Shown in pieces: positions 1-8,908 of a stretch of DNA of 61,212 nt (its first letter is position 1; every line of letters begins with the position of its first letter). The notes beneath the pieces were generated by a model that was not told the origin of the DNA, searched no databases, and saw only the letters and a list, made by a program, of their open reading frames with translations. Position numbers and translations under genes: made by a program. This stretch comes from Bdellovibrionales bacterium (GTDB lineage: Bacteria > Bdellovibrionota_C > UBA2361 > RFPC01), in NCBI GenBank assembly GCA_020434565.1, contig JAGRAO010000001.1:1-61212 (forward strand), written 5' to 3'.

Positions 1-23
1 GATTCGAATCCCCTGCCCCCGCA
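1..23 (+). tRNA. 3' end of a tRNA gene truncated by the window edge (isotype not determinable)
   Basis: The sequence starts inside a T-loop (GATTCGAATC). This is followed by T-stem 3' strand CCCTG, a 7-nt acceptor 3' strand CCCCCGC and discriminator A. No CCA is encoded. Confidence 0.5.
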
Positions 24-130
24 GGGAAAATAACGGTTCGAAAGCAACTCACTTGTGAGTTGTAAGTCCGCTCCTCTCCGATCTTCTGTTTTTGGAACAG
101 TTCGCAACGAGAGTTTTGATTGTTTCCTGT

Positions 131-217
131 GGAGAGGTGGCCGAGTGGCTGAAGGCGCACGCTTGGAAAGCGTGTGTACGTGAAAGCGTACCGAGGGTTC
201 GAATCCCTTCCTCTCCG
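131..217 (+). tRNA. tRNA-Ser (anticodon GGA), class II with long variable arm
   Basis: Acceptor stem GGAGAGG pairs with CCTCTCC. The D-arm reads GCCGAGTGG. The anticodon stem-loop is CACGC-TTGGAAA-GCGTG, giving anticodon GGA. There is a long variable arm, and the T-arm reads GAGGGTTCGAATCCCTT. Length is 87 nt, with no CCA encoded. Confidence 0.9.
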
Positions 218-302
218 TTGTTGTTGTCACCCCGGTTTCGCTTTCGCGAATCCACCTCTGAAGGGTTCTGGTGTCACATGGAAAGTTGCGGGAAGCTAAT
301 TC

Positions 303-1004
303 TTGGGTGCAAAACCAAAAGAAGGAAAACAATACGTGCAAGAACGTGAGAAAGTCTGGAACGATTTTTGGGCGGAAGACTTTACCCCTTGGGTTCGTGA
401 AGACTCGGATCAATTCTTACGGGAACACTTCGAACAGATTCGTGCTCATCTTCCGGTTGACCTCGCTCGATGCAGGGCTTTTGTCCCACTGTGTGGCAAC
501 TCCCAAGCAACAAGAATTCTTTTTGACCTCGGAATGATCGTGACCGGAGTGGAGCTCATTCCAAAAGCGATTCGCTCACTCAGAAATCTGTTTTTTTCGG
601 ATACCTCTCCAACACTCGGGGATAGCGAATCGTTCGAAGCTCCTCGCATTAGAGTAATTCAAGCTGATATATTTCAATTCGAAGACGAAACCGGCTTTGA
701 CTTCATCTACGATCGAGCCGCGCTTGTAGCGCTCAACCCCAAGGATCAACAAACTCCGTATTCAAAGAAGATCATCTCTCTCCTTAAACCTGGCGGGCTC
801 CTCTTTGTTGAGGGGTTTTCAAGCTCTCAACACACCCTTGGCGGACCTCCATATGAAACCCCGATTACTCTCACTCGCAAATATTACCAAGATCTTCGAG
901 AGGTCGAGTGTTTTGAGCAAAAGCTCTCGACAGAAAATCCTCGGTTCGTTGAACACGGCATCACCGAACTTAATCAATATCAACTTCTGTTTAAGGGAGG
1001 TTGA
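303..1004 (+). CDS. Thiopurine S-methyltransferase (TPMT)-family SAM-dependent methyltransferase
   Basis: TPMT-like N-terminus WNDFWAEDFTPW. The motif VPLCGNSQATRILFDLGMIVTGVELIPKAI matches the PLCGKS...G..V.GVE signature. IYDRAALVAL is also present. Confidence 0.7.
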   Translation: MGAKPKEGKQYVQEREKVWNDFWAEDFTPWVREDSDQFLREHFEQIRAHLPVDLARCRAFVPLCGNSQATRILFDLGMIVTGVELIPKAIRSLRNLFFSDTSPTLGDSESFEAPRIRVIQADIFQFEDETGFDFIYDRAALVALNPKDQQTPYSKKIISLLKPGGLLFVEGFSSSQHTLGGPPYETPITLTRKYYQDLREVECFEQKLSTENPRFVEHGITELNQYQLLFKGG

Positions 1005-1035
1005 GCAGTTAGCGTCTCGTTTTATTGAACCCAGC

Positions 1036-2826
1036 TTATTCCTGAACGAGAGCCACTATCTTCTGCCCCGCTCGAGGTGAGAGCTTTACGTCATGAGTAA
1101 CCACTTCGAACGTCTTGCTCTCGGCTATGAGAAAGAGCGGGATAAAGAGTTTCGAATACCGCTCCTGAATATCGTCAAATGAAAACTCTTCGGTAATGTT
1201 TATTGTTTTGAGAACAGCGCCATCATCTATCTGCTGTTCAAGCAAGCGATAATTTTCGTCCGGGCCAAAGAGGTAACGCCCTCGGAGATGCTTGGGATGG
1301 AGATCGCTCGCTTCACGTTGGTCCGCCGTGTCATGCGGGAGCTGGTAGACTTCAGCTCGACCGAAATGCTCAGAAAATCTTAATGCAGCAAGAGAATTTG
1401 CTTCATTGTTTGGTGTAAGAGCAAAAAGGCGCCCAATTCCCTCAAGATCGATGTCATCCAGAAAATGCTCAGAGAGAATATTTCCGTAGTAGGTCGGCAG
1501 CCCCTCCAGTTTAGCGAGAGAAACGTTGGTCCAGTTCGTATCGACAAGCACGACTTTAAAGCCCTCATCCCGGATTTTCGTTGCGATTTTTCTGGCGATA
1601 GCGTGGGCCCCAAGGAGCAAGACCCCTTGAGGTTGTACCTGTTCGACATCAAGAAGACGGGCCATCGGACGAGCCGCAAGCCCATAGACGAGTCCCGCTC
1701 CAACAATGACAAGAAAGGTATAGGTATTGATAAGCTCAGCTTGAGGAAATCCCCCCTGCGCGAGACCGAGAGAAAAGAGGGACGCAACCGCTGCTGCTAC
1801 AATACCACGTGGAGCGACAGAAGAGAGAAATGCTCTCTCGCGCCAACTCAGACCCGATCCAACTGTTGAGCAAAATACTGCCAACGGGCGAGCAACAAAG
1901 ATCAAGATTGCAAGAAAGATCAATCCTCCAAAGCCGACTTCCTTAAAGTTCTGGAGCTCCATGCGGGCGGAAAGAAGGATAAAGAGAATTCCGATAAGAA
2001 GGACTTGAAGGTTTTCCTTAAACTCAACGATATGTCGAACAGTAATAGAGCTCCAATTCGCAAGGAATATGCCCATCACCGTCACGGACAGAAGCCCTGA
2101 GTCCGCTTGGAAATGGTGAGAGCTCACAAAAACCAAAAGCACGAGCGCAACAGAAACCGAGTTCTGAAGATAATCAGGGATGAGATAGCGCTTGATGAGA
2201 AAAATGAGCAAAAGTGCGCCGACGGTCCCAGCGATTCCGCCAACGACAATCGTCATAATAACTCCCTCGGCAATATGAGCCGGAGCCTTACTGAACTCGC
2301 CCAAAATCATCGCCTCAAACACGAGCACTGCAACGATCGCTCCCACCGGATCGATAAGGATCCCTTCCCACTTCAAGATAGAACTCACCGTTGCCTTCGG
2401 ACGGATGTCTCGCAAAAGAGGAACAATAACAGTTGGACCAGAAACTGTGAGAATCGCTCCGAGAAGCACACTCATTGAAAATTCAAGCTCGAGGATATAG
2501 TGAGCGGCAAACGCTCCAATCGCCCAGGTCACGAGCATCCCGATACTGATAAGGCTAAAGATAACTCTCCTCACGCCCGGGAGCTCACGGAGCCGAAGGC
2601 TCAACCCGCCTTCGAAGAGAATAAGAGCTACCGAAAGAGAAACAAGAGATGGGAGCATCTCTCCAACGAGCTGATCTGGGTCGATAAAGCCTGTAACTGG
2701 ACCAGCGACAAACCCGAAGAGGAGCAGCAGAATGATCGATGGGAGATGAAATCGCCAAGCGATCCATTGAGCAACGATACCGAGGAACAGTACCGTCGCT
2801 AATCCTGTCATGATTCCGTGTTCCAA
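1036..2826 (-). CDS. Cation:proton antiporter (CPA1/NhaP-type) with C-terminal TrkA-N/RCK-like domain
   Basis: The N-terminal roughly 400 aa is polytopic, with about 11-12 hydrophobic segments. A Rossmann-like segment VLLLGAHAIARKIATKIRDEGFKVVLVDTN follows. Confidence 0.8.
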   Translation of the reverse strand: MEHGIMTGLATVLFLGIVAQWIAWRFHLPSIILLLLFGFVAGPVTGFIDPDQLVGEMLPSLVSLSVALILFEGGLSLRLRELPGVRRVIFSLISIGMLVTWAIGAFAAHYILELEFSMSVLLGAILTVSGPTVIVPLLRDIRPKATVSSILKWEGILIDPVGAIVAVLVFEAMILGEFSKAPAHIAEGVIMTIVVGGIAGTVGALLLIFLIKRYLIPDYLQNSVSVALVLLVFVSSHHFQADSGLLSVTVMGIFLANWSSITVRHIVEFKENLQVLLIGILFILLSARMELQNFKEVGFGGLIFLAILIFVARPLAVFCSTVGSGLSWRERAFLSSVAPRGIVAAAVASLFSLGLAQGGFPQAELINTYTFLVIVGAGLVYGLAARPMARLLDVEQVQPQGVLLLGAHAIARKIATKIRDEGFKVVLVDTNWTNVSLAKLEGLPTYYGNILSEHFLDDIDLEGIGRLFALTPNNEANSLAALRFSEHFGRAEVYQLPHDTADQREASDLHPKHLRGRYLFGPDENYRLLEQQIDDGAVLKTINITEEFSFDDIQERYSKLFIPLFLIAESKTFEVVTHDVKLSPRAGQKIVALVQE

Positions 2827-3062
2827 ACGATGCGCTCCGCTTTAGAGGAGTTTATACTTTGAGCTTGATAATCTCACCACTAACGTAGTTGAGAGTTTCA
2901 CTTGTACTCTGGAAGGCTTCTTCAAAAAAGTGCCGAAAACCGTTAATCTCCTCCTCGTGAGAGTGATGGTCGATTTGTGTGGTCAGCGAGAGGCAGCCTG
3001 CAGCCTCCTGAGAGCTATGGTATGAACAAGAGTAACGACGCTCATTTGTAGGAGAAGGGCTC

Positions 3063-3740
3063 ATGACATCCCCAAATCCCTCGTGGAAACCCGGAGATAC
3101 CGTGGAATCTCCAGTTGGAGAGATGGTTGAAATTGATCCTGCTTCGGTTTCTGCAACCGATATGTACAAGCTTATCATTGGCTCAATCGTACCACGGCCA
3201 ATCGCCTTCGTGAGTACTCAGAGTCCTGATGGCCAAGATAACCTTGCTCCCTATAGTTTTTTCAACGGTGTTTCAAGTAACCCACCGTGTCTCATGATAT
3301 CCGTTGGAACTCCAAGGCCCGATTTTCAGAAGGACACTCTTCGAAATATCGAGGCCACAAACGAGTTTGTGGTAAATAGTGCCAATGAATGGCTGATTGA
3401 ACCGCTCGTGCATTCAGCCGGAGAATTTCCGTACGGAGTAAGTGAGATGAGCGAGGTCGGGCTCACTCCTCTTGACTCTGTCAAAGTAGGTCCAAAAAGA
3501 GTCAAAGAGTCTGCGGTGCAGATGGAGTGCCGCTTACTTAAAACCGTCCAGATTGGTGACGGCTCACCCGGATCTTCAACGGTTGTATTTGGAGAAATTG
3601 TTTTCGTTCACGTAGACAAAAATTGCTACAAGGACGGAAAGATCATTTTCGACAACTACCGCAACATCGGTCGACTGGGAGGTTTCGGCTACGGAAAGAT
3701 CTCGGAGACGTTTGAAATTCCAGTTCCCAAGATTCGATAG
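3063..3740 (+). CDS. Flavin reductase-like (FMN-binding split-barrel) family protein
   Basis: IVPRPIAFVSTQSPDGQDNLAPYSFFNGVSSNPPCLMISV is a typical flavin-reductase-domain core. The 225-aa length fits the family. Confidence 0.75.
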   Translation: MTSPNPSWKPGDTVESPVGEMVEIDPASVSATDMYKLIIGSIVPRPIAFVSTQSPDGQDNLAPYSFFNGVSSNPPCLMISVGTPRPDFQKDTLRNIEATNEFVVNSANEWLIEPLVHSAGEFPYGVSEMSEVGLTPLDSVKVGPKRVKESAVQMECRLLKTVQIGDGSPGSSTVVFGEIVFVHVDKNCYKDGKIIFDNYRNIGRLGGFGYGKISETFEIPVPKIR

Positions 3741-3898
3741 CGCGTATCTCCTACGAGAATTTCCTAATGAAAAACTCTCCTTTTTGACTCCCTTGACATC
3801 GGTCTCTGCTCAACTGTTGCTCGCAATAAGAGAACTTATGAGACAGGCTGTCGAACCTTTCACTTCATCTGATACCGAGAATTGTCGATAGAAAAGAA

Positions 3899-4831
3899 AT
3901 GACGATTCCTTTGGTTGGACAAAAAACCATCGGGAGTAGTAGCAGCCCTTTGATTAATTCTACGGCAGGCCTCGGCGGAACTGCTGGTCGATTTAGTGCA
4001 TTTCGATCAACATTAAATCTCTCTTCAGCTGGCTCCTCTGAAGATGCCATTCGCAAATCCCTTGAAGAAGAACAACCACTCGACGAGATAAGCCCCGAGG
4101 AGAACGGACCTCTTCGAGTCAGCGGTTATCTTGCAAGCGCCCTCAAAGAACTTTCCCGACTCGCAAAAGACCTCAAAGAACTCGAGCAGAAAAAGGAAGA
4201 GGGATCTCCTGAAGAGGGTCTTGATGACAAAATCCTTGCTCTTCAGTCTGAGGTATCGCGAATCAAAACGAGTGACCCTTTCCAGCGAGCGCTTGAGGCT
4301 GGAAGGTCGATAGAACAATCACTTCAACGAGGAAGTGTTTCGAAGCGAGCCCTCGGTAGTGTTTCTTCCCTCTTAGGGGATGACTACCTGAACCTTGTTG
4401 CCTCGGGGGCCACGGGTGCCATCTCTACGATTCAGAGAAAACTCGAAGACATCGCAAGTTCAGACGACCCCGATCAACTCATAAACGCGGGAAAAGATAT
4501 CTTGAAGGCTCTTGCTGGTGCGAAGGCGCCAACAAAGAGCGAAGAAGAAAAGGAGAAGGAATCAGAGATAACTCTCATCGATGTTCCTCGCTACAGCGAG
4601 CAGCAGTTCGCGGCCGCTGGCGCTCTCGCACTCTCTCTTCGAACGTATGAGAGCCGGGATCTTTTGCAGGCTGTTGCCGGAGGATACATAACAGATCCAA
4701 AACATCTCACGGAACTGATTCTCACTCCTCCAAAAGAGGACGAGGAAGATGATGCTCCAACAAAGATTGAACAAGAACAGGCAAGGAATCGATCCTCTGT
4801 TGAAGGGGGATCAAACATCGCAGAGACGTAG
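3899..4831 (+). CDS. Hypothetical acidic, Ser/Glu/Lys-rich, probably largely disordered protein
   Basis: 310-aa ORF with no TM segment. It has low-complexity acidic stretches (EEEKEKESE, KEDEEDD). No family was recognised. Confidence 0.45.
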   Translation: MTIPLVGQKTIGSSSSPLINSTAGLGGTAGRFSAFRSTLNLSSAGSSEDAIRKSLEEEQPLDEISPEENGPLRVSGYLASALKELSRLAKDLKELEQKKEEGSPEEGLDDKILALQSEVSRIKTSDPFQRALEAGRSIEQSLQRGSVSKRALGSVSSLLGDDYLNLVASGATGAISTIQRKLEDIASSDDPDQLINAGKDILKALAGAKAPTKSEEEKEKESEITLIDVPRYSEQQFAAAGALALSLRTYESRDLLQAVAGGYITDPKHLTELILTPPKEDEEDDAPTKIEQEQARNRSSVEGGSNIAET

Positions 4832-4858
4832 ATTCACCGAATCGTGAAGCACTTGATT

Positions 4859-5347
4859 TTAGAGATACTTTGCTGGGAGTATCTGTTTCTTCGCTAAATC
4901 ACGAGCCTCTTCTCCTCGAAGCGCAGAGAGTTTCAGTCGAAGGCGAAACTTTTCAGCTAACTCGAGCTCTTCTTTTCGAAGATGGCCATCAGAAAAGACC
5001 ACTCGCCACACAAGAGTTAAGATCAGCATTCTCTGTTCTTCGTTAAAGCGATCGACAAGGGCTGTTAAGAATTTTTCTCTTTTCTCTTCTTGTTTATTCG
5101 CCTCATCGGCTCGCTCAAGCAACGTTAAGAGATCTTTTTCTTGGAGGTTAAAAACCTCCTCCATGCTATCAACGACCTCTCGGAACTCAGATGCACTAAA
5201 ATCCCCGTCAACCGCGGACATCTCGCCAAGCAAAAAGAGTGTTCCGAGCTGGATATCCTGAATAGTTGGGTTACCTTCCTTATCAAGCTCAAGCGGTGCA
5301 CCTTTTTCAAAATATTCCCACGTATTTTTTATCAGTCCTGAGCCCAT
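4859..5347 (-). CDS. TerB-like (tellurite-resistance TerB / DjlA N-terminal type) domain protein
   Basis: Two helical repeats each carry the DG...E signature (SAVDGDFSASEFREVV and VVFSDGHLRKEELELA). Its start lies 6 nt downstream of the rtcB stop codon on the same strand. Confidence 0.6.
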   Translation of the reverse strand: MGSGLIKNTWEYFEKGAPLELDKEGNPTIQDIQLGTLFLLGEMSAVDGDFSASEFREVVDSMEEVFNLQEKDLLTLLERADEANKQEEKREKFLTALVDRFNEEQRMLILTLVWRVVFSDGHLRKEELELAEKFRLRLKLSALRGEEARDLAKKQILPAKYL

Positions 5348-5353
5348 ATCTCT

Positions 5354-6748
5354 CTAATCCTCTGCCAACTCTCCATCGGGAGCCATCTTAACAATTTTTG
5401 GATCAAACCGCGCAAGAATACGAACAAGATCGCTCTGAGCGGTCATGACCCGAAGAATATCTTTATAAGCGTGCGGAGATTCGTCGAGGCCCGCTGATAA
5501 GAGGCTCACCCCGTGCTCTCTGACAATCTGCTTTAAAGCGTGCAGTGTTGTCGTACTCTTCGCTTTTTTCCTCGACATCTGACGTCCAGCTCCATGAGAA
5601 CTAGAACAGAGCGAGGTTTCATTGCCGAGCCCTTCCACTAGGAATCCCGGTGCTACCATCGTTCCTGGAATGTATCCGAGCGTTCCCCGATGAGCCGGGG
5701 TCGCGCCCTTTCGGTGAACAACAACCTCTTCTCCACCGTGGCTTTCCTTCCACGCAAAGTTATGATGATTTTCAATTTCAAAGAGTACAGAACCACCACA
5801 CGCCTTTCGAATTTCCCGATGGATCACGTGGTGGTTTGCGGACGCATACGCCCCCATCAGCTCCATCGCCTGCCAGTACTCTTGACCTTCCCCATCAAGT
5901 GGGAGCCAACTTAAGTGGCGATACCGCTTTGGAAGCGTGGGATGAAGCTTTTGCGCAAGGTCAGTATAGTACTGCGCAACTCTCGCTCCAGCACCGCGAG
6001 AACCAGAGTGACTTACAACCGCAATATACTCACCTTCTGGAATTTCTCCGAATTGATTGAGAAATTTCACAGTACCAAACTCTACAAAGTGATTTCCTGA
6101 GCCACTCGTTCCAAGCTGTCCCCAGGCGATGTCTTTGAGCGTTGCTGTGCGTGGACTCACGTTCCAATCGAGATCCATTACCGAATGTGACTTTTTATTC
6201 TTCCACTTCGCACCAATCCCAAACTGGGTCTTTTTTTCAAGAATATCTTCGTAAAGAGCTCGTTTTCTTCTCAGATCGTCAATAGGGAGATCAAATACCG
6301 TCATCATCACTCGACAAGCGATGTCGACTCCGACAGCATAAGGAATTACTGCTCCGCGAGTAGCCAAAACTCCTCCAATAGGGAGTCCATAACCGAGGTG
6401 AGCATCCGGCATGAGTGCCGCCGCTGCGGTGATCGGGAGAGCGCAAGCGTCTTCCATCTGAGAAAAGGTCTGGCTATCGATATCATCGCCCCAGTGTTCG
6501 AACGGTTTTGGCTCAAACACATATCTCGGTGACAAAAGGAATTGGCGTTCATGCAGTATTTCGTTGGCAAGCAGCCCGTAGAGCTCATGGTGAAGAAAGT
6601 TTTCAGGGGTTTGTGCAATACAAGCGAGATCTTCTTTGAGCTGCTTCTTTCTAACTCCAAAGCTTCGCGACTTTGAAGTAACTTTAATCGCTTCCTTGAG
6701 TACCTGATGTCCGGTCAGTCCCAGTTGTTCGAGATCTTTCTTCTTCAT
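5354..6748 (-). CDS. rtcB: RNA-splicing/repair ligase RtcB
   Basis: RtcB motifs are present: MPDAHLGYGLPIGG, VGVDIACR, SGSGNHFVEFG, VSHSGSRG, ENHHNFAW and VVHRKGATPA (guanylyl-His region). The start is set at the ATG of MKKKDLEQ (6748). The longer track ORF to 6925 overlaps the upstream gene. Confidence 0.9.
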   Translation of the reverse strand: MKKKDLEQLGLTGHQVLKEAIKVTSKSRSFGVRKKQLKEDLACIAQTPENFLHHELYGLLANEILHERQFLLSPRYVFEPKPFEHWGDDIDSQTFSQMEDACALPITAAAALMPDAHLGYGLPIGGVLATRGAVIPYAVGVDIACRVMMTVFDLPIDDLRRKRALYEDILEKKTQFGIGAKWKNKKSHSVMDLDWNVSPRTATLKDIAWGQLGTSGSGNHFVEFGTVKFLNQFGEIPEGEYIAVVSHSGSRGAGARVAQYYTDLAQKLHPTLPKRYRHLSWLPLDGEGQEYWQAMELMGAYASANHHVIHREIRKACGGSVLFEIENHHNFAWKESHGGEEVVVHRKGATPAHRGTLGYIPGTMVAPGFLVEGLGNETSLCSSSHGAGRQMSRKKAKSTTTLHALKQIVREHGVSLLSAGLDESPHAYKDILRVMTAQSDLVRILARFDPKIVKMAPDGELAED

Positions 6749-6780
6749 AGAAGCGCTTTTGCTTATATGGGCAACGTCGG

Positions 6781-7431
6781 TCAGCTCAGAACGAGTCCAA
6801 CTGCCCAAATACCATAGCCAATAAAAGCGATGAGGGCATATTTCCGCACGGCCGATCTCACGCAGACCCCTTCCCGAGAAAAGCCGCGCCAGATCGCCGT
6901 GAGAATTCCTACGAGGAATAGCCAAAACCCAAATTGAGAGAGCATTTGAAAAGAGACTTTGCGTTCACTTCGAAAAACCTCTCGTGCGGGCGATTGAAAA
7001 TTTTCTTCCCGAGTTCTGAGTTGCCCAATCTCGTCACGAAGGGATTTTAATAACCCTTCATTTCGAGGCATCAAAGCGTTTCGCGTTACCATTTTCGCTT
7101 GTAGCAAAATTTCTCGCGCGGCTATTTGAGCTTGAGGATCGCCCTTCTCTCGGGCAACCTCATCGAGCAGTCGACTCTCGGCAGATGATGCCCAAAAGTT
7201 TAAGGGAGAGTCCCAGGAGAGAGCTTCCCCATAGGATGCTATCGCGCTCCTGTGATTTCCCTCGGAAAGGTACTCTTCTGCGGCTACTACCGCTCGATAT
7301 GATTCAAAGAGAGTTCGAATCCAAACCGGCAGAATAAAAGCGACAGCCAGAAAAGAAAGAAATAGGACTCTGGTTCCAATATTTCTCTCCGCGGCTTTCT
7401 CGTCGAATTTTACAAGTGATCCTTCATCCAT
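6781..7431 (-). CDS. Hypothetical membrane protein with TPR-like helical periplasmic/cytoplasmic segment
   Basis: Two hydrophobic segments (VLFLSFLAVAFILPVWI and FGFWLFLVGILTAIW...ALIAFIGYGIWAVGLVL) flank a helical region (AEEYLSEGNHRSAIASYGEAL). It overlaps the upstream gene by 22 nt. Confidence 0.5.
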   Translation of the reverse strand: MDEGSLVKFDEKAAERNIGTRVLFLSFLAVAFILPVWIRTLFESYRAVVAAEEYLSEGNHRSAIASYGEALSWDSPLNFWASSAESRLLDEVAREKGDPQAQIAAREILLQAKMVTRNALMPRNEGLLKSLRDEIGQLRTREENFQSPAREVFRSERKVSFQMLSQFGFWLFLVGILTAIWRGFSREGVCVRSAVRKYALIAFIGYGIWAVGLVLS

Positions 7432-7832
7432 TGACGACTAAAGCTTACGAATTCATCAAGCGAGTTTCTCTCAAACTCTTCAGGGCTCCAATCTCTCTTA
7501 GCGAGAAGCTCTCTCCGAGAGAATGGAATAACGTAGACCTGGGCCAAAAGTTCTTCTTTCGAGGGGAGCTCTACTCGGCGTTCGACTCGAAGATACATTT
7601 CACCTTCAAAAACATCGAGTCGATCGACAACTTCTTCCGGAACATCGCGGTAGACAGTCCCAGACACGGAATCACCCTGCGATTCGACGACACCTGGATA
7701 CATCTCATCAAGAAAGACATATCGAGCAAAGTTCTTGAGGGTTGCTGGGGAATGCGCTGGGATATACCCACAGACTGCCTCCACGACATCATGAAAAATG
7801 AGGGTCCCGTACGCGAAGATATTCTTCCCCAT
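7410..7832 (-). CDS. AIG2/GGCT-like (gamma-glutamylcyclotransferase fold) protein
   Basis: The N-terminus IFAYGTLIFHDVV matches the (Y/F)GTL signature. YPGVV and VSGTVY...FEGEMYLRV are also present. Length is 140 aa. Confidence 0.7.
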   Translation of the reverse strand: MGKNIFAYGTLIFHDVVEAVCGYIPAHSPATLKNFARYVFLDEMYPGVVESQGDSVSGTVYRDVPEEVVDRLDVFEGEMYLRVERRVELPSKEELLAQVYVIPFSRRELLAKRDWSPEEFERNSLDEFVSFSRQWMKDHL

Positions 7833-7847
7833 TCTTCTCCCTGCTTC

Positions 7848-8795
7848 CTACCTATCTGTGCGAGGTTCACTTTCAAGCTCATTATACTTCTCCGAGAGCA
7901 CATGAAAGAGAGTCTCGTCTTCAACCCCAAAAAGCTTGTCGCCCTTCTCAAGACGAAGCGACGCAATCTGCTCAGCGATCAATCCCAACATAAAGACTAT
8001 CACTGACGAATTCATGAGGAGGTGCGACATGTTCGTGAACTGGCCGAAAAGGAAGTAGGTGTAGATATACCTCCCAAGCCCCAGAAAAAACAGAAAAGAG
8101 GCCACTGGTATAAAAACGCGAAGAGGTGAAAAGCTCATCGCGATTTTAATGATGATAAGAAAGAACTCGAGGCCATCGTGAATGAGTCGAATCTTACTCT
8201 TCCCGAGCCGATAGCGGGTTTTTATCGGTATATAGCGAACTGATCTTCCAGAGCGAATAAAAGCGAGTGTCGATGTTGTGGGGTAGGAAAATCCGTTTGG
8301 AAACATGTCACAAAAACGGCGAGCATCTTCACGTCGCATCGCTCGAAAACCACTTGTGAGGTCTTCAATTTGAAACTCAGCAATAAAACTTGCAAACTTG
8401 TTATAAACAAAATTTGCGAGATCTCGATGCCAGTGAGTTTCCGAACCACGAGATCGCGCGCCTACCACCATATGATAGCGGGGAATGTGTGCAAGCAGCC
8501 GCGGAATATCGTTTGGGTCGTGCTGCCCGTCACCATCAAGAAAGACACACACTTGCCCTCGGGCGTTTCGGATGCCTGTTTTTACCGCGGCACCATTTCC
8601 AATGTTATATGGGTGGCGCACAACTCGAGCACCTGCCGCCTCGGCATTAGCGGCGGTGTTATCTGAACTCCCATCGTCTACGACAAGAATCTCAAACGCA
8701 GGCAAATCAACGCGAGTAATCTGGCCAACGGTCTCAGCAATGGCCCCCTGCTCATTAAACGCTGGAATAATTATGCTGATAAGAGGTTCCGACAT
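7848..8795 (-). CDS. Family-2 glycosyltransferase, polyprenyl-phosphate sugar synthase (GtrB/DPM1-like) with C-terminal TM helices
   Basis: ISIIIPAFNEQGAI and VVDDGSSDNT are present, together with the DGDGQHDP (DxD) motif. Two C-terminal hydrophobic helices follow. The ATG at 8795 (MSEPL) is preferred over the TTG at 8831. Confidence 0.8.
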   Translation of the reverse strand: MSEPLISIIIPAFNEQGAIAETVGQITRVDLPAFEILVVDDGSSDNTAANAEAAGARVVRHPYNIGNGAAVKTGIRNARGQVCVFLDGDGQHDPNDIPRLLAHIPRYHMVVGARSRGSETHWHRDLANFVYNKFASFIAEFQIEDLTSGFRAMRREDARRFCDMFPNGFSYPTTSTLAFIRSGRSVRYIPIKTRYRLGKSKIRLIHDGLEFFLIIIKIAMSFSPLRVFIPVASFLFFLGLGRYIYTYFLFGQFTNMSHLLMNSSVIVFMLGLIAEQIASLRLEKGDKLFGVEDETLFHVLSEKYNELESEPRTDR

Positions 8796-8908
8796 AAGCG
8801 TGATCAGACCGTATTGACCGTGAACTAACAAGACCAGAATGTTCCTGTTTCAGTATACTCAAGGGTCATCGTCAACTGACAATGGTTTCGCTATAAACAC
8901 TTTTAGCT

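Noticed and set aside
45-62. Perfect palindrome CAACTCAC-tt-GTGAGTTG between the two tRNA genes as a terminator.
   Set aside because: It is not followed by a T-run. It may be a processing or structural element of the tRNA precursor, but there is nothing to support a specific call.
5354-6925. Full 523-aa track ORF for RtcB.
   Set aside because: The first 59 codons overlap the upstream membrane-protein gene and do not look like protein. The ATG at 6748 (MKKKDLEQ) gives a normal RtcB. The same logic was applied to glmU (44723 to 44606), trxB (25613 to 25634), atpE (27126 to 27066), dnaN (31331 to 31367) and the MntR-like gene (58118 to 58061).
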